Part shown: positions 47,817 through 58,036 of the stretch, one piece after another
Layout: every line of letters starts with the position of its first letter
Numbering within the stretch: the first letter of the stretch is position 1
Assembly (NCBI GenBank): GCA_018238545.1
Contig: JABCTC010000003.1
Span: forward strand, 58,876 to 122,875
DNA from: Candidatus Heimdallarchaeota archaeon
Lineage (GTDB): Archaea > Asgardarchaeota > Heimdallarchaeia > Heimdallarchaeales > Heimdallarchaeaceae
Direction of reading: 5' to 3'
Length of the DNA stretch: 64,000 nt
Notes under the pieces: model-generated
Database searches by the model: none
Seen by the model: the letters and a program-made list of their open reading frames with translations, nothing else
Told to the model about the DNA's origin: nothing
Made by a program: the position numbers and the translations under genes

Positions 47817-49673
47817 TTATTCATCCACCTTTGAGATTGCTCCAACAGGACAAATTTGAGAACAGACACTACAACCTGTGCACATGGTTGGATCTATAAT
47901 TGAATATTTCTTTCCTTTAGAATTTGTGTCTAAACTCCATCTTATTGCTGGGCATTGATATTGTACAATACACGTTCCACATGCGATGCAAATTTCTGGG
48001 TCTATATGGAAAACCTCTATTTTCTCGCCTTTTCTTCTCTTTCTTCTCCAATCTTCATTGGCACAGATTTTTCTCATTATTATTACTGTTGGCCCTTCAT
48101 GTTTTAATGCATCCTCAAAAACCTTTTTACCATTCTCGAAATCGTAAGGATCAAACACAACAACATATTCAACTCCTAATGATTTAGCTACCTCTGCGAT
48201 ATCTATCTCCTCTGTAGGATTAGGTTGGAAACCTGTCATGGCGGTCATTCTGTTATCTAAGACTAGAATGTTAATGTTTGCTTTATTATAAACAGCATTA
48301 GCCAATGCAGGCATACCTGTGTGGAAAAATGTGCTATCTCCGATATAAGCAAATATAGGTTTGTCTTTTATCACCTTTGAAAAACCATTTGCCATACCTA
48401 TCCCTCCGCCCATACATAGTATGGTATCAGTTACCCAAGGATCTAATGAATAACAACCAATATCTGAAGCAAAAACACCTTTGTTTTTTCGTACAACTTT
48501 AGATAATTCCCAAAATGCTGCTCTATGTTGACATCCTGCACAAAACAGAGGTGGCCTGAAAGGAACAAAATCTTTAGTTTCTTCAACTGATTTCTCAATT
48601 TCAATTACTGGAACTATTGACCCCCCAACTACTTTAACTAGAGCTTCAGCAACTAGTCTAGCGTTTAACTCATGATATCTCTTAGTAATCTCTGAACTTT
48701 TCCCATGTATTTTAGGTATGACTCCGTTTTGAATAAAAAGAGCACATATGCGATCTTCAAGATAGGGATCTACTTCTTCAATGAAGATAATATTTTCCTT
48801 ATCCTTCGCAAATTCTAGAATAGTTTGCTCATCTAAAGGAGCTACCATACCCAGCTTCAAAATGGGTAATTCTTTCTTTAATGTCTTCAAAGCATCTTTT
48901 ACATAAGCATAGCTAATGCCACTTGTGATTATCCCAAATTCTGTATGACTATCTGGTCCCTCAATTGTTGAAAAACCACTTGTTGGTAACCATTCCTTTA
49001 TCTTTTCCATCCTTTCCAATAGCTTTGGATGATTAGCTCTTGCCAATGCAGGGAGACATGCAAAGCGGTTTGTTTTCTCATATTCTCCTTCTCTGAAATT
49101 TGATTCAAACTTGTTGAATTGTACATCTGTTCTTGCATGAGATACTCTTGTTGTTGAACGAAGTAGCATAGGCATCTCGAATTTTTCACTCACATCAAAA
49201 GCTCTTTTTACATATTCTTTCGCTTCTTGTGGACTAGATGGTTCGATAACAGGAAATTGTGCTGATACACCAAGCCATCTAGAATCTTGCTCATTTTGAC
49301 TTGAGAAACAATGAGGGTCATCCCCAACAACTGTTACAAAACCACCTTTACACCCCATATACAAAAACGAATAAAAAGCATCAGCAGCTACATTTAGTCC
49401 AACATGTTTACAAGCAGTCATTGCTCTTACACCACTTATAGATGCAGCAAAAGCTGTTTCCATAGCTACTTTTTCATTTGTGCTCCATTCAGCATAAAAT
49501 CCTAGTTTTGGAGCAGCTGCAATCATTGCCATACTTATCTCAGAACTTGGCGTTCCAGGATAAGCAGCAAAAACTTGTACCCCAGCTTCAATAGCTCCCC
49601 TTGCTATAGCTTCATTTCCTAAACAAAGTACTCTGTTTTCTTCGTTTGCAATAATCTCTTCTAACTTTGCCAT
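47817..49673 (-). CDS. iorA: Indolepyruvate:ferredoxin oxidoreductase alpha subunit
   Basis: GNEAIARG, YPGTPSSE, KHVGLNVAAD, RPPLFCAGC, IGDSTFFHTG, two C-terminal CxxCxxC ferredoxin motifs. Confidence 0.96.
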   Translation of the reverse strand: MAKLEEIIANEENRVLCLGNEAIARGAIEAGVQVFAAYPGTPSSEISMAMIAAAPKLGFYAEWSTNEKVAMETAFAASISGVRAMTACKHVGLNVAADAFYSFLYMGCKGGFVTVVGDDPHCFSSQNEQDSRWLGVSAQFPVIEPSSPQEAKEYVKRAFDVSEKFEMPMLLRSTTRVSHARTDVQFNKFESNFREGEYEKTNRFACLPALARANHPKLLERMEKIKEWLPTSGFSTIEGPDSHTEFGIITSGISYAYVKDALKTLKKELPILKLGMVAPLDEQTILEFAKDKENIIFIEEVDPYLEDRICALFIQNGVIPKIHGKSSEITKRYHELNARLVAEALVKVVGGSIVPVIEIEKSVEETKDFVPFRPPLFCAGCQHRAAFWELSKVVRKNKGVFASDIGCYSLDPWVTDTILCMGGGIGMANGFSKVIKDKPIFAYIGDSTFFHTGMPALANAVYNKANINILVLDNRMTAMTGFQPNPTEEIDIAEVAKSLGVEYVVVFDPYDFENGKKVFEDALKHEGPTVIIMRKICANEDWRRKRRKGEKIEVFHIDPEICIACGTCIVQYQCPAIRWSLDTNSKGKKYSIIDPTMCTGCSVCSQICPVGAISKVDE

Positions 49674-49736
49674 ATACTATCAAGAAAAGGTGACACGCTA
49701 GCTATAAAAAAGATTTTGAAATGAATATCCAACAAA

Positions 49737-51542
49737 TTAATTGACAATGTTGCTGGTTAGTTGAGTTTGATATAAATCATAATATCTTCCCTTCTTTTTA
49801 AGCAGATCTTGATGTGTTCCCTCTTCCACTATCTTTCCATCATCAATTACAACTATCTTTGATGTATTTTTAATCGTGCTGAGTCTATGAGCAATAATTA
49901 TCGAAGTTCTCCCTTTCAACATATAATTTATTCCTTTTTGAATCAATGATTCAGTAATTGGGTCTACTGAACTACTGCATTCATCTAGAATAAGTATGCT
50001 TGGGTTAGCAATTACAGCTCTAGCTAAGGATATTAGTTGTCGTTGACCTAGAGATAGCCTTGCTCCTCCTTCTTTTACATCAGTTTCATACCCTTGTGGC
50101 AATCTTAAAATATAATCATGAAGACCAAGGACAAGGCATACGCCATAGACCTCATCATCTGTAGCTTCCTTTTTACCATACTTCAGATTCTCCATTATAG
50201 TTCCACTAAAAAGATAAACATCTTGTGGAACAACTGCTATATTTTTTCGTAAAGTTTTCAAATCGATGTCTTTAATATTGATTCCATCCACTAACAGTTT
50301 ACCATTTGTAACATCATAATAACGAGACAGCAATTTGGTGATTGTGGTTTTACCTGCGCCCGTTTGACCCACCAAAGCAATGCTTGAACCTTCTTCAATG
50401 GTTAGATTAATATTTTTCAATACTTGGACTTCTTCTTGATAATTAAAATCTACTCCTGTCAACTCTAATTTGCCTTTTATCTCTCTAGGAAATACAGGAT
50501 CTAGGGAATTTTTAACAGATGGTTGTTCATCTAGAACATCAAAAATTCTTTCAGCACTTGCAAATCCTGACTGTATGATTGTATAAAAAGTAAAGAGACT
50601 AATCACAGGTGCAAAGAAACGATTCGAATAATCTAAAAATGCGTAGAGCACTCCAATAGAAATTCTCCCAGATATAAATGCAGACCCTCCAAAGATAATA
50701 ACGATTGTACTTCCTAGTGCTGCAATAATTTGAATCAAAGGCATAAATAACGAAGATACACCAGCAGCTTCTACGTTCGCATCGTAATTTTCTCTGTTCA
50801 AGTCATCGAAGTTTTCAATATTTTTCTCCTCCCTAGATAAGGCTTTGGTAACCCTAACTCCAGTAATCGTTTCTTGTAAATTAGCAGTAACTTTAGCGAT
50901 TGCAACTCTTGTTTTTCTATAAACAAATCTTACTCTCTTTTGGAAAAAATATGCTGTAATTAGCAGAATTGGTATCACAGTAAATGTGAGTAAAGTCATT
51001 TGCACATCATAAACGAACATGATTACTAATATCCAAATTAAACTTACAAAATCTGCAAATATGTCAATTATTCCTGTTGTAAGCAGTTCTCCTAAAGCAT
51101 CAACATCATTTGTAACTTTAGAAATTGTCCTCCCAGATTCTGTTTCTGTGTAGTAATCAAAAGAAAGATATTGAAGTTTAGTAAATAAGTCATTTCTTAT
51201 TCGATAAATCAGTTTTTGACCCAATCTGGCAAAGAAAATCGTTCTTGCCAGGATAAGGAAGAAATTCAAAATGATGAATACAAGATAACACGCACCCATG
51301 ATTATGATTTGTGTAGTGTAATCTGCAATCCCAGGTTTGATAAACATATCAATTATTTGTTGCATTAGTATAGGTAAAGAAGTGGAAAAAACAGAGACTG
51401 TTAAAACGATAGCAACAACAGATATTGTTTCGCTTTTATAATATCCAAAGATTCGAAATAATCGCTTGAATAAAGTCCAATCAGAGTATTTCTTCTCTCT
51501 TTCTTCTTCTTCTCTTGTCATACGATGAAATGCCCAACCCAT
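49737..51542 (-). CDS. Heterodimeric ABC exporter subunit with catalytic Walker B Glu
   Basis: TMD plus NBD; GQTGAGKT, LSLGQRQ, ILDE, AHRLST. Confidence 0.93.
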   Translation of the reverse strand: MGWAFHRMTREEEEREKKYSDWTLFKRLFRIFGYYKSETISVVAIVLTVSVFSTSLPILMQQIIDMFIKPGIADYTTQIIIMGACYLVFIILNFFLILARTIFFARLGQKLIYRIRNDLFTKLQYLSFDYYTETESGRTISKVTNDVDALGELLTTGIIDIFADFVSLIWILVIMFVYDVQMTLLTFTVIPILLITAYFFQKRVRFVYRKTRVAIAKVTANLQETITGVRVTKALSREEKNIENFDDLNRENYDANVEAAGVSSLFMPLIQIIAALGSTIVIIFGGSAFISGRISIGVLYAFLDYSNRFFAPVISLFTFYTIIQSGFASAERIFDVLDEQPSVKNSLDPVFPREIKGKLELTGVDFNYQEEVQVLKNINLTIEEGSSIALVGQTGAGKTTITKLLSRYYDVTNGKLLVDGINIKDIDLKTLRKNIAVVPQDVYLFSGTIMENLKYGKKEATDDEVYGVCLVLGLHDYILRLPQGYETDVKEGGARLSLGQRQLISLARAVIANPSILILDECSSSVDPITESLIQKGINYMLKGRTSIIIAHRLSTIKNTSKIVVIDDGKIVEEGTHQDLLKKKGRYYDLYQTQLTSNIVN

Positions 51543-53356
51543 TAATCCTTCCTCCTATATTTGGTGTCAGTATCAATTTTCGTACTATCCTCTACATAGC
51601 TTTGAGCAAGAGTTTTGTAGATTTTGAGATATAAACCTCCAATTTTTATAAGTTCATCATGAGTCCCATCTTGAACTATTTTTCCCTTTTCAAAAACCAA
51701 AATTCTGTCAGCATAATGTACAGAAGAAATGCGTTGTGAGATGATTATCGTGGTTCTTCCAAGACTTAGTATATTCAAAGCTTCTTGAATCTGAGCTTCA
51801 GTTTCTGCATCCACTGAAGCTGTTGAATCATCAAAAATGAGTATTGTGGGATCTATAAGAAGAGTCCGCGCAATTGATATTCTCTGTTTCTGCCCTCCTG
51901 ATAACGTTATTCCTCTATCTCCAACCTTTGTTTCATACTTATCAGGAAGCATCGCGATGAAGTCATGAATTTTTGCGGTTTTTGTTGCTGAAATAATTTC
52001 ATCAATTATAGCATCTGGTTTTCCGAATGCGATATTTTCTTTAATAGAGTCATTAAACAACATTGTTTCTTGGAGTACCAGACCAATTTGTTGTCTCATT
52101 TTTTTCAATTTGTAACTTTTTATGTTCTTTCCATCAATAAGTACTTGACCTTCTAATGGATCATAAAATCTCACTAATAGATTTACAAAACTGCTCTTCC
52201 CACTTCCTGTCCCTCCCAAAACAACAACTTTCTGTCCATGTGGAATCTTTATGTTTATATTTTTCAGAATTGTTACTCCTTCTTCATATCCGAAATGAAC
52301 TTTTTGATATTCGATATCACCTTTAAATTTGGGGGGGTCAATAGCGTTAGGATCCTCTTGAACTTCTCGTTTGGCACTGATTAGTTCAATGATTCTATCT
52401 CCACTTGCTAACATTCTTTGAATTATGCCTACTAGCCATGTTAGTTGTCTTGTGGGTCCAGGTAATAAAGCTAAATATGACAAGAAGGCTATAAAATCTC
52501 CTAAATCAAGACTTCCATTAGTAACAAAAATACCTCCAATAACAACTACCAAAGTTGTACCAACTCCAATAAGCAAGGTCATACTTGAGAAATATATCGC
52601 TCTATAAACTTGTGTTTTGACTCTTAGGTCTCTATAAACGATATTAGAGTCATCAAACTTTACAATCTCATTTTCCTCCTGAGCAAATCCACGAACAATA
52701 TGTGCTCCTGTAACATTTTCTTGCAATATTGATGTAACTGCTCCAAATTGTTTACGAGCTTGATAAAATAATGGCCTAACCTTAGTGCTAAACCAATATA
52801 TTAGCCAGATAAATCCAGGGAACAATGCAACAAGTATCAATCCTAGTTGCCAGCTCATGATGAGCATGGCTATATATGCTCCAATAAAGAAGATAGCACC
52901 GTTCATGACCAATCTAATTGTGAAACTAACAAAACCTTGAATCGCATTAAGATCAGTTGTGACTCTGGTCATTATTTGACCTGTATTTTCATCATCATAA
53001 AACTCTAAACTCAGCTGTTGGAGTATTTTATAAATATCATTTCGTAGGTCAAAAATCACTCTTTGAGCATAAACAGCTGCATAGTATCTAGATAGAAATT
53101 GCATAACACCTCCAACTACAGCTGTTCCTAACATCGCCCCTCCAATGATCCAAATAAAAGGTATACTCTTTGAATCGATAGCGTTATTGATAGCCTCTCT
53201 TATCAGTAAAGGAGTCGCCAGACCTAAAACAGCTGCTAGGAAAGCAACAGAGCTAACAAAAATGAGCAGAGGCACATTTTTTGCTAGATATGGAGTGATA
53301 ACTGCCATTATCTCTCTAAAAGAGTGGATGCGTTTTCTATTATCTAGCCATGCCAT
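51542..53356 (-). CDS. Heterodimeric ABC exporter subunit with degenerate Walker B and H-switch
   Basis: TMD plus NBD; GGTGSGKS, LSGGQKQ, IFDD, SQRISS (TM287/288-type pair). Confidence 0.93.
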   Translation of the reverse strand: MAWLDNRKRIHSFREIMAVITPYLAKNVPLLIFVSSVAFLAAVLGLATPLLIREAINNAIDSKSIPFIWIIGGAMLGTAVVGGVMQFLSRYYAAVYAQRVIFDLRNDIYKILQQLSLEFYDDENTGQIMTRVTTDLNAIQGFVSFTIRLVMNGAIFFIGAYIAMLIMSWQLGLILVALFPGFIWLIYWFSTKVRPLFYQARKQFGAVTSILQENVTGAHIVRGFAQEENEIVKFDDSNIVYRDLRVKTQVYRAIYFSSMTLLIGVGTTLVVVIGGIFVTNGSLDLGDFIAFLSYLALLPGPTRQLTWLVGIIQRMLASGDRIIELISAKREVQEDPNAIDPPKFKGDIEYQKVHFGYEEGVTILKNINIKIPHGQKVVVLGGTGSGKSSFVNLLVRFYDPLEGQVLIDGKNIKSYKLKKMRQQIGLVLQETMLFNDSIKENIAFGKPDAIIDEIISATKTAKIHDFIAMLPDKYETKVGDRGITLSGGQKQRISIARTLLIDPTILIFDDSTASVDAETEAQIQEALNILSLGRTTIIISQRISSVHYADRILVFEKGKIVQDGTHDELIKIGGLYLKIYKTLAQSYVEDSTKIDTDTKYRRKD

Positions 53357-53501
53357 CTGGTTTAAGAATTCCTTTTAACGATATAAAATTTATGTTTTTA
53401 CCTTTTTTAAGAAATACTTTTTTCACAATAGAACTTATCAATAATCTTTATAAATGTCATACAATCCTTTCTTTCAGAAGATATGATTTGGAGGAACATG
53501 A

Positions 53502-54341
53502 GTGAAACATTCCAGATTTATTAGTATAGCATTCATTATTTCGCTTTTAGTAGCTCCTTTCCTTTCGACTTCAACAACTACAGTTAATGCTGTTGTTGGG
53601 GAGGAAAATTGGGATTATCAAGGCGTTGTTAAACAGCAGAAACACAGATTGAAAATTATTCCTTCGTTTACTGTTGATCCTTTACAAATGCGAACATTTC
53701 TATTTTGTTTGGATCAAGACGATATTACAGGTGTCGATGCTCTGGTTGCATTATATGGGATACAACCTATACGAGACTCCCCACTGTATTCAGATTTCTT
53801 TGAAACTACAAGTTTGGGAGGAAAGTATGGTTTCAATGTAACTGGTGAAGGAATGTCTTGGATAACCATGACTGAAGATGTGATGGATAATGAAACGGCT
53901 GAGTATGATGAAATTCTTGCACCAATATATAATACACTTCTAACCAAATTAAAATATACACATGAAGAATTATTTGTTGCAGAATTATATGACCAATCAA
54001 TATTTGTACTAAGATTACCAATCCATATAGCTATATTGAATAGTCAAATTGGTAGTGTAGGTCTCTGGCAACAAATAAACAAAGATCAGACAATTATCTA
54101 TGGTAATTTAACAACCTATGGTGCATTAAATCCATTATATACTGATCCTAAAGAACCAGAAAATCCTGATTATTGGTGGCCTCAATATAATGTAACTATA
54201 GCTCAAGATTTCCTGAGAACATCTTTGCCGAGAACCCATAGTTTGACAGTGGCTTTCCCATTTCTAGCATCTCTTGCAGCATTTGGTGGTATAATCTTTC
54301 TATTAGCGATTGTTCAGAACGTTAGGAGGAAAAACAAATGA
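53502..54341 (+). CDS. Secreted, C-terminally anchored hypothetical protein (paralog A)
   Basis: Signal peptide; C-terminal TM plus RRKNK; sequons. Confidence 0.75.
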   Translation: MKHSRFISIAFIISLLVAPFLSTSTTTVNAVVGEENWDYQGVVKQQKHRLKIIPSFTVDPLQMRTFLFCLDQDDITGVDALVALYGIQPIRDSPLYSDFFETTSLGGKYGFNVTGEGMSWITMTEDVMDNETAEYDEILAPIYNTLLTKLKYTHEELFVAELYDQSIFVLRLPIHIAILNSQIGSVGLWQQINKDQTIIYGNLTTYGALNPLYTDPKEPENPDYWWPQYNVTIAQDFLRTSLPRTHSLTVAFPFLASLAAFGGIIFLLAIVQNVRRKNK

Positions 54342-55111
54342 AAAACAAGTATTTAATTATTGCAAGTTTCTTGATGGTGACAATTTTTATCACTTCATCC
54401 TTCTATCAGTCTACACTAGCACAAGAGGAAGAAGAGGACGTGTGGGATTTTGAAGGCGTAATGAGAATAGGAAGTGATGAAAAGCGTGTCCTACTCTTCG
54501 ACCCTCAAATTGATGGTGGTCTGAACGAAACAGTAGGTGAGTATGAGAGACCTAAAGTGTATTTTAACATTATAGGACTAGACTCAGATGAAGACGAAAA
54601 AATGGATGTTTATTTTGGTTTTTATGGTGTAAATGTATTTGATTTATCGCACATTGGATACAAAACAGAACTCGAACTATTTAGAATTATCATTAACGCT
54701 AAGTGGAAATTGAGAATACCAGTTGAATCGCAAGCAAGATGGCAGGTGCTCTATTATCCTGATCCACTCTTCGATGAAATAAGTATTAACTTGCAGTATG
54801 AAACACCTATTTATTTCATAAATCTCACTGAACATGTTGGGGTTAATCTTCAATACAGAATAGATTTAGGGATAAATTATACTACTGGGAATTTTACAAC
54901 ATTTGGCCCAGGAAGTCCTCTAGTTCCTGAATATCCGACTTTTCCTGAATATAATGTTTCAGTCCCCATATTCACAGAAACGCAATTTCTTGGTGAGGCA
55001 ACAGCAGGACTTTATGATAGTCCAATTAGTTTCATAACAATTACAGGATTAACATTTGTCTTATTATACGTCTTCCGGAAAAAGCGGAAGAAGAAAACGA
55101 AAATAACGTGA
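54338..55111 (+). CDS. Secreted, C-terminally anchored hypothetical protein (paralog B)
   Basis: ATGA overlap with paralog A; signal peptide; C-terminal TM plus basic tail; shares WD.xGV and GNxTTxG..xPL...P.YNV motifs with A. Confidence 0.75.
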   Translation: MKNKYLIIASFLMVTIFITSSFYQSTLAQEEEEDVWDFEGVMRIGSDEKRVLLFDPQIDGGLNETVGEYERPKVYFNIIGLDSDEDEKMDVYFGFYGVNVFDLSHIGYKTELELFRIIINAKWKLRIPVESQARWQVLYYPDPLFDEISINLQYETPIYFINLTEHVGVNLQYRIDLGINYTTGNFTTFGPGSPLVPEYPTFPEYNVSVPIFTETQFLGEATAGLYDSPISFITITGLTFVLLYVFRKKRKKKTKIT

Positions 55112-55165
55112 TTCTGTTACCAAAAACTTTTATTTTTCCTTTTCTTTATCTTTCTTTGACCAGTA

Positions 55166-55849
55166 ATGTTTGGGATGTCATATCTTTTGAGTACGATCAT
55201 TCTATGTTTACTTAGTTTAGTAAATATTATTTTTCTAGCATTACCAAACGTTTCAAAATTAAAAGATTTGAATTGGTCATTAATCAAAGTGACTGTAATT
55301 ACATTCATCACTATTTGGATTATAGTTATACCTGAAGAGATTCATGAATTTTACTTCTATATTGGAGGATCTTTTGGTTTAGGTTTTCTAATAAACGGTT
55401 TTCTAACAAAAAAAGGTAGTAAATACGTATTTCATGTTTTTGCATATGCTGCTTTTTCCTTTATTTTTCTTGCTGTTAACCAGACATTTTTGTTCATTAT
55501 TAACGTTGGTCTCTCTTATATTCTCTTCTTGTTTATATTCTTTTACAATCTAAAAACTGACCCATTGGAAGATGCTGAAATAACAAATAGTAATGGTTCA
55601 AAACTGGCTATAAATGCAATTATTGTTCTCGCTTTTGCTTCAATATTTGGTTTCTTAGTTTTCTCTATTATAGGTGGAGACATGATAGATGTAATAACTA
55701 ACCCTCTTGCCAATTTATTTGCTTTTCATACAGATTATCGAGCAATGCTCGCAGTAATAATCATTGCAATGTTTTTTGCATTTATTTTAATTATAGCTGA
55801 ATTTTACACTCAATCAAAAAAGAGAGATGATGAACAATGGTATACCTGA
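55166..55849 (+). CDS. Multi-TM membrane protein, possibly NuoJ-like
   Basis: About 6-7 TMs; last TM preceded by LFAFHTDY as in the NuoJ layout; first gene of the antiporter-like cluster. Confidence 0.45.
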   Translation: MFGMSYLLSTIILCLLSLVNIIFLALPNVSKLKDLNWSLIKVTVITFITIWIIVIPEEIHEFYFYIGGSFGLGFLINGFLTKKGSKYVFHVFAYAAFSFIFLAVNQTFLFIINVGLSYILFLFIFFYNLKTDPLEDAEITNSNGSKLAINAIIVLAFASIFGFLVFSIIGGDMIDVITNPLANLFAFHTDYRAMLAVIIIAMFFAFILIIAEFYTQSKKRDDEQWYT

Positions 55850-56124
55850 GCTTCATCTTATCAATTGCCTTCATTTGTTTCTTATGTGGGATTATATTCA
55901 TTTTATTTAGTAAGAAGAGCTTACAAGTTTACATAGGTTTAGTACTGATTTTTCTTGCTGGTATGTTTTTCCTATCAGCTGCACAATTAACTGCTGAAAC
56001 ATTAACATTTTCACTGCTTGGGGTATTATCTATTATCCTTATATTGTTCTTTTATGTAAGAGATAGGGTGTTTTGCGTAGTACCTACAATTGATGAAAGG
56101 AGAGAAGATAATGAACATAATTAA
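55837..56124 (+). CDS. Three-TM membrane protein, NuoK/MnhC-like
   Basis: 95 aa, three hydrophobic helices, placed before the NuoL-like gene. Confidence 0.5.
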   Translation: MVYLSFILSIAFICFLCGIIFILFSKKSLQVYIGLVLIFLAGMFFLSAAQLTAETLTFSLLGVLSIILILFFYVRDRVFCVVPTIDERREDNEHN

Positions 56125-58036
56125 CATACTATTACTAATACAGATGGGGATATTATTCACATTTCCACTTTTTAGAAGATTAATTGGAGGAAGTGCCAAA
56201 AATCAGAAACAACATCAAAATTTCTTCTCTTTAATCAACATTTTCTTATCAATAACAGTTTTAGCAATGGTTCTCTATTATAATAGCAATTATGAAATTT
56301 CTATAGATTTATTCAGTATTGATAATCTCTCCTTCAGTTTTGGTTTTTCAGTATCAATTCTACGAACAATTTTTTATGCTGTCATTATAATTTGTTTAAC
56401 CATATATCTAAACTATTTGACAGCTGAAAAACAAGATTTATCAAAGTCAACTCTGGATCATTTGCCATATTTTGCAATGCTTATAATCCCCTTTGTATTC
56501 TCACCAAATTTCTTCCAACTAATAGTAGTATGGTTTATTTTAGATATTTTATATCTAGAGTATCTCAATTCATTATCAAAAGACTCTGGATTAGAGAACC
56601 GATTAGGATTCAAACAGCTGTTCTTCAGTTTAATAATTGCTAATACCTTGATTATTACTTCCTTTATCTTACTAATAACAAGAGCAGGTTCCTTCAATTA
56701 TACCATGATAATCAATGATATTCAGTTAAAGTTCTTTATTCACAATCAATACTTTCTCCTGCTAAACACTCTGTTTTTTGTTGGTGTTTTAGCAAAAATT
56801 TCCATTTTCCCCTTTCATACATGGTTTAGAAATGCAAATAAGGATAATTTATCCTGGAACATACCAGTTTTAGCCTTCTATATTTTTGCTAATTTGTTTA
56901 CATTTGTTTACACGCCTTATTTCAATCTTATACCTGTTCTAGCAGATGCTTTTGCGTGGGTTGGTATCACTGTAGCAATAATTTCCATCACCATTGCAGT
57001 TTTTACTAACAATAGAAGTTCACTACTAGTTCTGATTCTTTCAGCACTATTTGCTTACATTCTCTTCACATTTGGTTCAGGAAGCTATGCAATAGGATTT
57101 CATGCCATGATTACAACAATAATTGTAGGAACAGCAATTCCGATTATAATTACAAGCAGAAGCAAGGAAGAATCACTAGATGAAGTGGGGACAACTAAAC
57201 CTCAATTGTTTACTAAAATAATCTTCTTTCTAACAACCGCTATAATCTTCCTTGGGCTTATTGGAATCCCCCCTCTCAACAGTTCAATTCTAAGTATAAT
57301 CATAGTTTATGCATCCCAATCTAACTCTCTCTCTTTAGCATTATTCGTAATAGGTTTATTATTCATATTACAGCTTGGAATAGTTGGCATCAAACTTGTT
57401 TATGATCTTTGGAGTAAAAGAGCAGAGCGTAAATCTATTAGAAATGTCATTTTGGTCGCAGTTTTAGCAATAACTCTTATACTTACATTTGCCATTTACC
57501 CATATTTCCATATTATTAATCTCTTTGATACTCCAATTGCAATTGAAAACACTATGTTACTAGTATCTGCTCTGCCTTTGGGTATACTTTTTCTCATAGC
57601 GATAGTAGTCTTTGTTTTATTGAAGACCGTATTCACTGAATTTAATGATTTGATGGATCCATATTTACTTAACATTGAGAGAACTTATCAGAAAATATAC
57701 TATTATGATTTTCTCTATTCTCCTCTAGAGCTTCTATATCTTAAACTCCTCTTTCCTAGTATTAAATGGTTTTATCGGTATTTCATTAAAGCATTTTTAG
57801 TAGGAGTTATTTTTGCTGGATTGGCGCAAATTAGCACATACATTTGGAAAAAATTAAAGAATTATGTTGTAAAAGTAGCAATACCTAAAATTGTATCGTT
57901 TTTCATTGTTTTATCTAAAACTATCAGAAAATTTGAATCTGCTTCAGAAAAATCACAGTTGATTTGGGTCCTTTTCTCTATTGTTATAGTACTTCTACTT
58001 ACTATCTTTCTATTTATAGGAGGTGTTATCGTATGA
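56111..58036 (+). CDS. NuoL/MnhA-like antiporter-type membrane subunit (divergent)
   Basis: AKISIFPFHTW, LGLIGIPPL, YYYDFLY before a long amphipathic helix and final TM; ATG 56111 preferred over track start 56090. Confidence 0.8.
   Translation: MNIINILLLIQMGILFTFPLFRRLIGGSAKNQKQHQNFFSLINIFLSITVLAMVLYYNSNYEISIDLFSIDNLSFSFGFSVSILRTIFYAVIIICLTIYLNYLTAEKQDLSKSTLDHLPYFAMLIIPFVFSPNFFQLIVVWFILDILYLEYLNSLSKDSGLENRLGFKQLFFSLIIANTLIITSFILLITRAGSFNYTMIINDIQLKFFIHNQYFLLLNTLFFVGVLAKISIFPFHTWFRNANKDNLSWNIPVLAFYIFANLFTFVYTPYFNLIPVLADAFAWVGITVAIISITIAVFTNNRSSLLVLILSALFAYILFTFGSGSYAIGFHAMITTIIVGTAIPIIITSRSKEESLDEVGTTKPQLFTKIIFFLTTAIIFLGLIGIPPLNSSILSIIIVYASQSNSLSLALFVIGLLFILQLGIVGIKLVYDLWSKRAERKSIRNVILVAVLAITLILTFAIYPYFHIINLFDTPIAIENTMLLVSALPLGILFLIAIVVFVLLKTVFTEFNDLMDPYLLNIERTYQKIYYYDFLYSPLELLYLKLLFPSIKWFYRYFIKAFLVGVIFAGLAQISTYIWKKLKNYVVKVAIPKIVSFFIVLSKTIRKFESASEKSQLIWVLFSIVIVLLLTIFLFIGGVIV

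Noticed and set aside
49737-53356. Degenerate Walker B and H-switch in one ABC subunit as a novelty
   Set aside because: Standard asymmetry of heterodimeric ABC exporters.
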